Assembly (NCBI GenBank): GCA_963695225.1
Contig: OY968762.1
Location: forward strand, 2,656,001-2,720,000
DNA: 64,000 nt
Source of the DNA: Vulcanimicrobiota bacterium
Lineage (GTDB): Bacteria; Vulcanimicrobiota; Vulcanimicrobiia; Vulcanimicrobiales; Vulcanimicrobiaceae
Direction: 5' to 3'
Shown: positions 63,009-64,000 of the stretch, in pieces
Layout of the letters: every line of letters begins with the position of its first letter
How positions within the stretch are numbered: position 1 is the stretch's first letter
Position numbers and translations under genes: made by a program
Notes under the pieces: generated by a model
The model's database searches: none
What the model was told of the DNA's origin: nothing
What the model saw: the letters and a program-made list of their open reading frames with translations, nothing else

Positions 63009-64000
63009 TCAGCGGCGGATCAGCGCGAGCGCCTCATCACGGTGCTCCTCCATCAAGGCGCGCGTGTCGCCTTCGACGTTGAGCCGCAGGAGGGGCTCGG
63101 TGTTGGAGGGCCGGACGTTCATCCACCAATTCGGGTACTGGATCGTGACGCCGTCGAGGTGATCGATCGCCGCATCCGTGTAGTGCGCTTCGAGCTCGCG
63201 GAGCTTCGCGGGGATGTCCTTGACGCGCGTGTTGATCTCGCCGGAGCGAACGCGATGATCGATCGGCGCGATCACTTCGCTGACCGGCGCGTTCGCTTCG
63301 CTGAAGACTTCCAGGCACTGCACGAGCGCGATCATTCCCGAATCGGCGAACCAATTGTCGCGGAAATAGAAATGCCCGGAGTGCTCGCCGCCGAAGACGA
63401 TGTCTTGTTCGCGCATCACCTTCTTGATCAGCGAGTGCCCGACTTGCGAGCGCACCGGAATGCCGCCGGCGCGCTCGATCGCTTCGGGGACGCTGCGGCT
63501 GCAGATCAAGTTGTAGAGGATCTTCGAGCCCGGATACCGCTTGAGCGTGTTGAGGCCGACGAGCGCGGTCACGATGTCGCCGCCCACGAGCGCTCCCTTC
63601 TCGTCGACGATGAACATGCGGTCCGCGTCGCCGTCGAAGGCCGCTCCGAGATCGCAGCCGTTCTCGAGCACGGCGCGCTGCAGCGCGACCATGTTTTCGG
63701 GTTCGATCGGGCTCGCGGGGTGGTTCGGGAAGGTCCCGTCGAGCTCGAAGTACAGCGGGACCACTTGGCACGGGAGGTGCGCGAAGACGGGCGGCACGAT
63801 CTCGCCGGCCATGCCGTTCCCGGCGTCGATCGCGATCTTGAACGGCTTGATCGCCTTCGGATCGATGAACGAGAGGCAATGGGCGGCGAAATCTCCGAGG
63901 ACGTCCTTTCGCACGATCGTTCCGCGCCGTTCGGCGTCGTGGAAGTCTCCGCGCGCCACGCGCGCTTCGATCGCCGAGAGGCCTTCGTCGTAAGAAAGCG
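63009..64000 (-). CDS. Phosphomannomutase/phosphoglucomutase (5' part outside the window)
   Basis: DAGNGMAG, DGTFPNH, FDGDADR, GGEHSGH, RPSNTEP. Confidence 0.92.
   Translation of the reverse strand, partial: LSYDEGLSAIEARVARGDFHDAERRGTIVRKDVLGDFAAHCLSFIDPKAIKPFKIAIDAGNGMAGEIVPPVFAHLPCQVVPLYFELDGTFPNHPASPIEPENMVALQRAVLENGCDLGAAFDGDADRMFIVDEKGALVGGDIVTALVGLNTLKRYPGSKILYNLICSRSVPEAIERAGGIPVRSQVGHSLIKKVMREQDIVFGGEHSGHFYFRDNWFADSGMIALVQCLEVFSEANAPVSEVIAPIDHRVRSGEINTRVKDIPAKLRELEAHYTDAAIDHLDGVTIQYPNWWMNVRPSNTEPLLRLNVEGDTRALMEEHRDEALALIRR

Noticed and set aside
1..64000. rRNA, tRNA, CRISPR-Cas, prophage or IS transposase genes
   Set aside because: None recognised in the ORF track or in intergenic sequence.

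Overview
GC-rich (about 70%) bacterial chromosomal window, densely coding, with no rRNA, tRNA, CRISPR array or transposase recognised. The left third holds (bacterio)chlorophyll biosynthesis genes scattered among housekeeping genes rather than in a photosynthesis gene cluster: bchL, a BchH-type chelatase, a BchD/ChlD-type AAA+vWA gene, acsF and bchM. The rest encodes an Lhr helicase/metallophosphoesterase pair, acyl-CoA metabolism genes, a PAS-GGDEF-EAL protein, cysK, an M16 protease, an RND pump, two Liv-type ABC systems, a Fic protein, metH, an SLH-domain porin, nagA, a tandem dynamin-like protein and a partial phosphomannomutase. An SLH-porin plus dispersed bch genes suggests a phototrophic diderm Terrabacterium such as Eremiobacterota/Vulcanimicrobiota (inference only). 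Two patterns lie outside the ORF list. (1) bchL, bchH and bchM each have a GTGA-N6-TCAC palindrome centred at -41.5/-42.5 relative to a TAnnnT -10 element, the geometry of class II CRP/FNR promoters, and an unusual sensor-fused CRP/FNR regulator lies nearby. (2) A family of about 170-bp GTAG-initiated, three-stem repeats shows compensatory stem changes and CA(N)GGAYG loops. One copy is split in two around a self-contained 1-kb MarR-GNAT cassette, and another carries a nested repeat close to the same junction.
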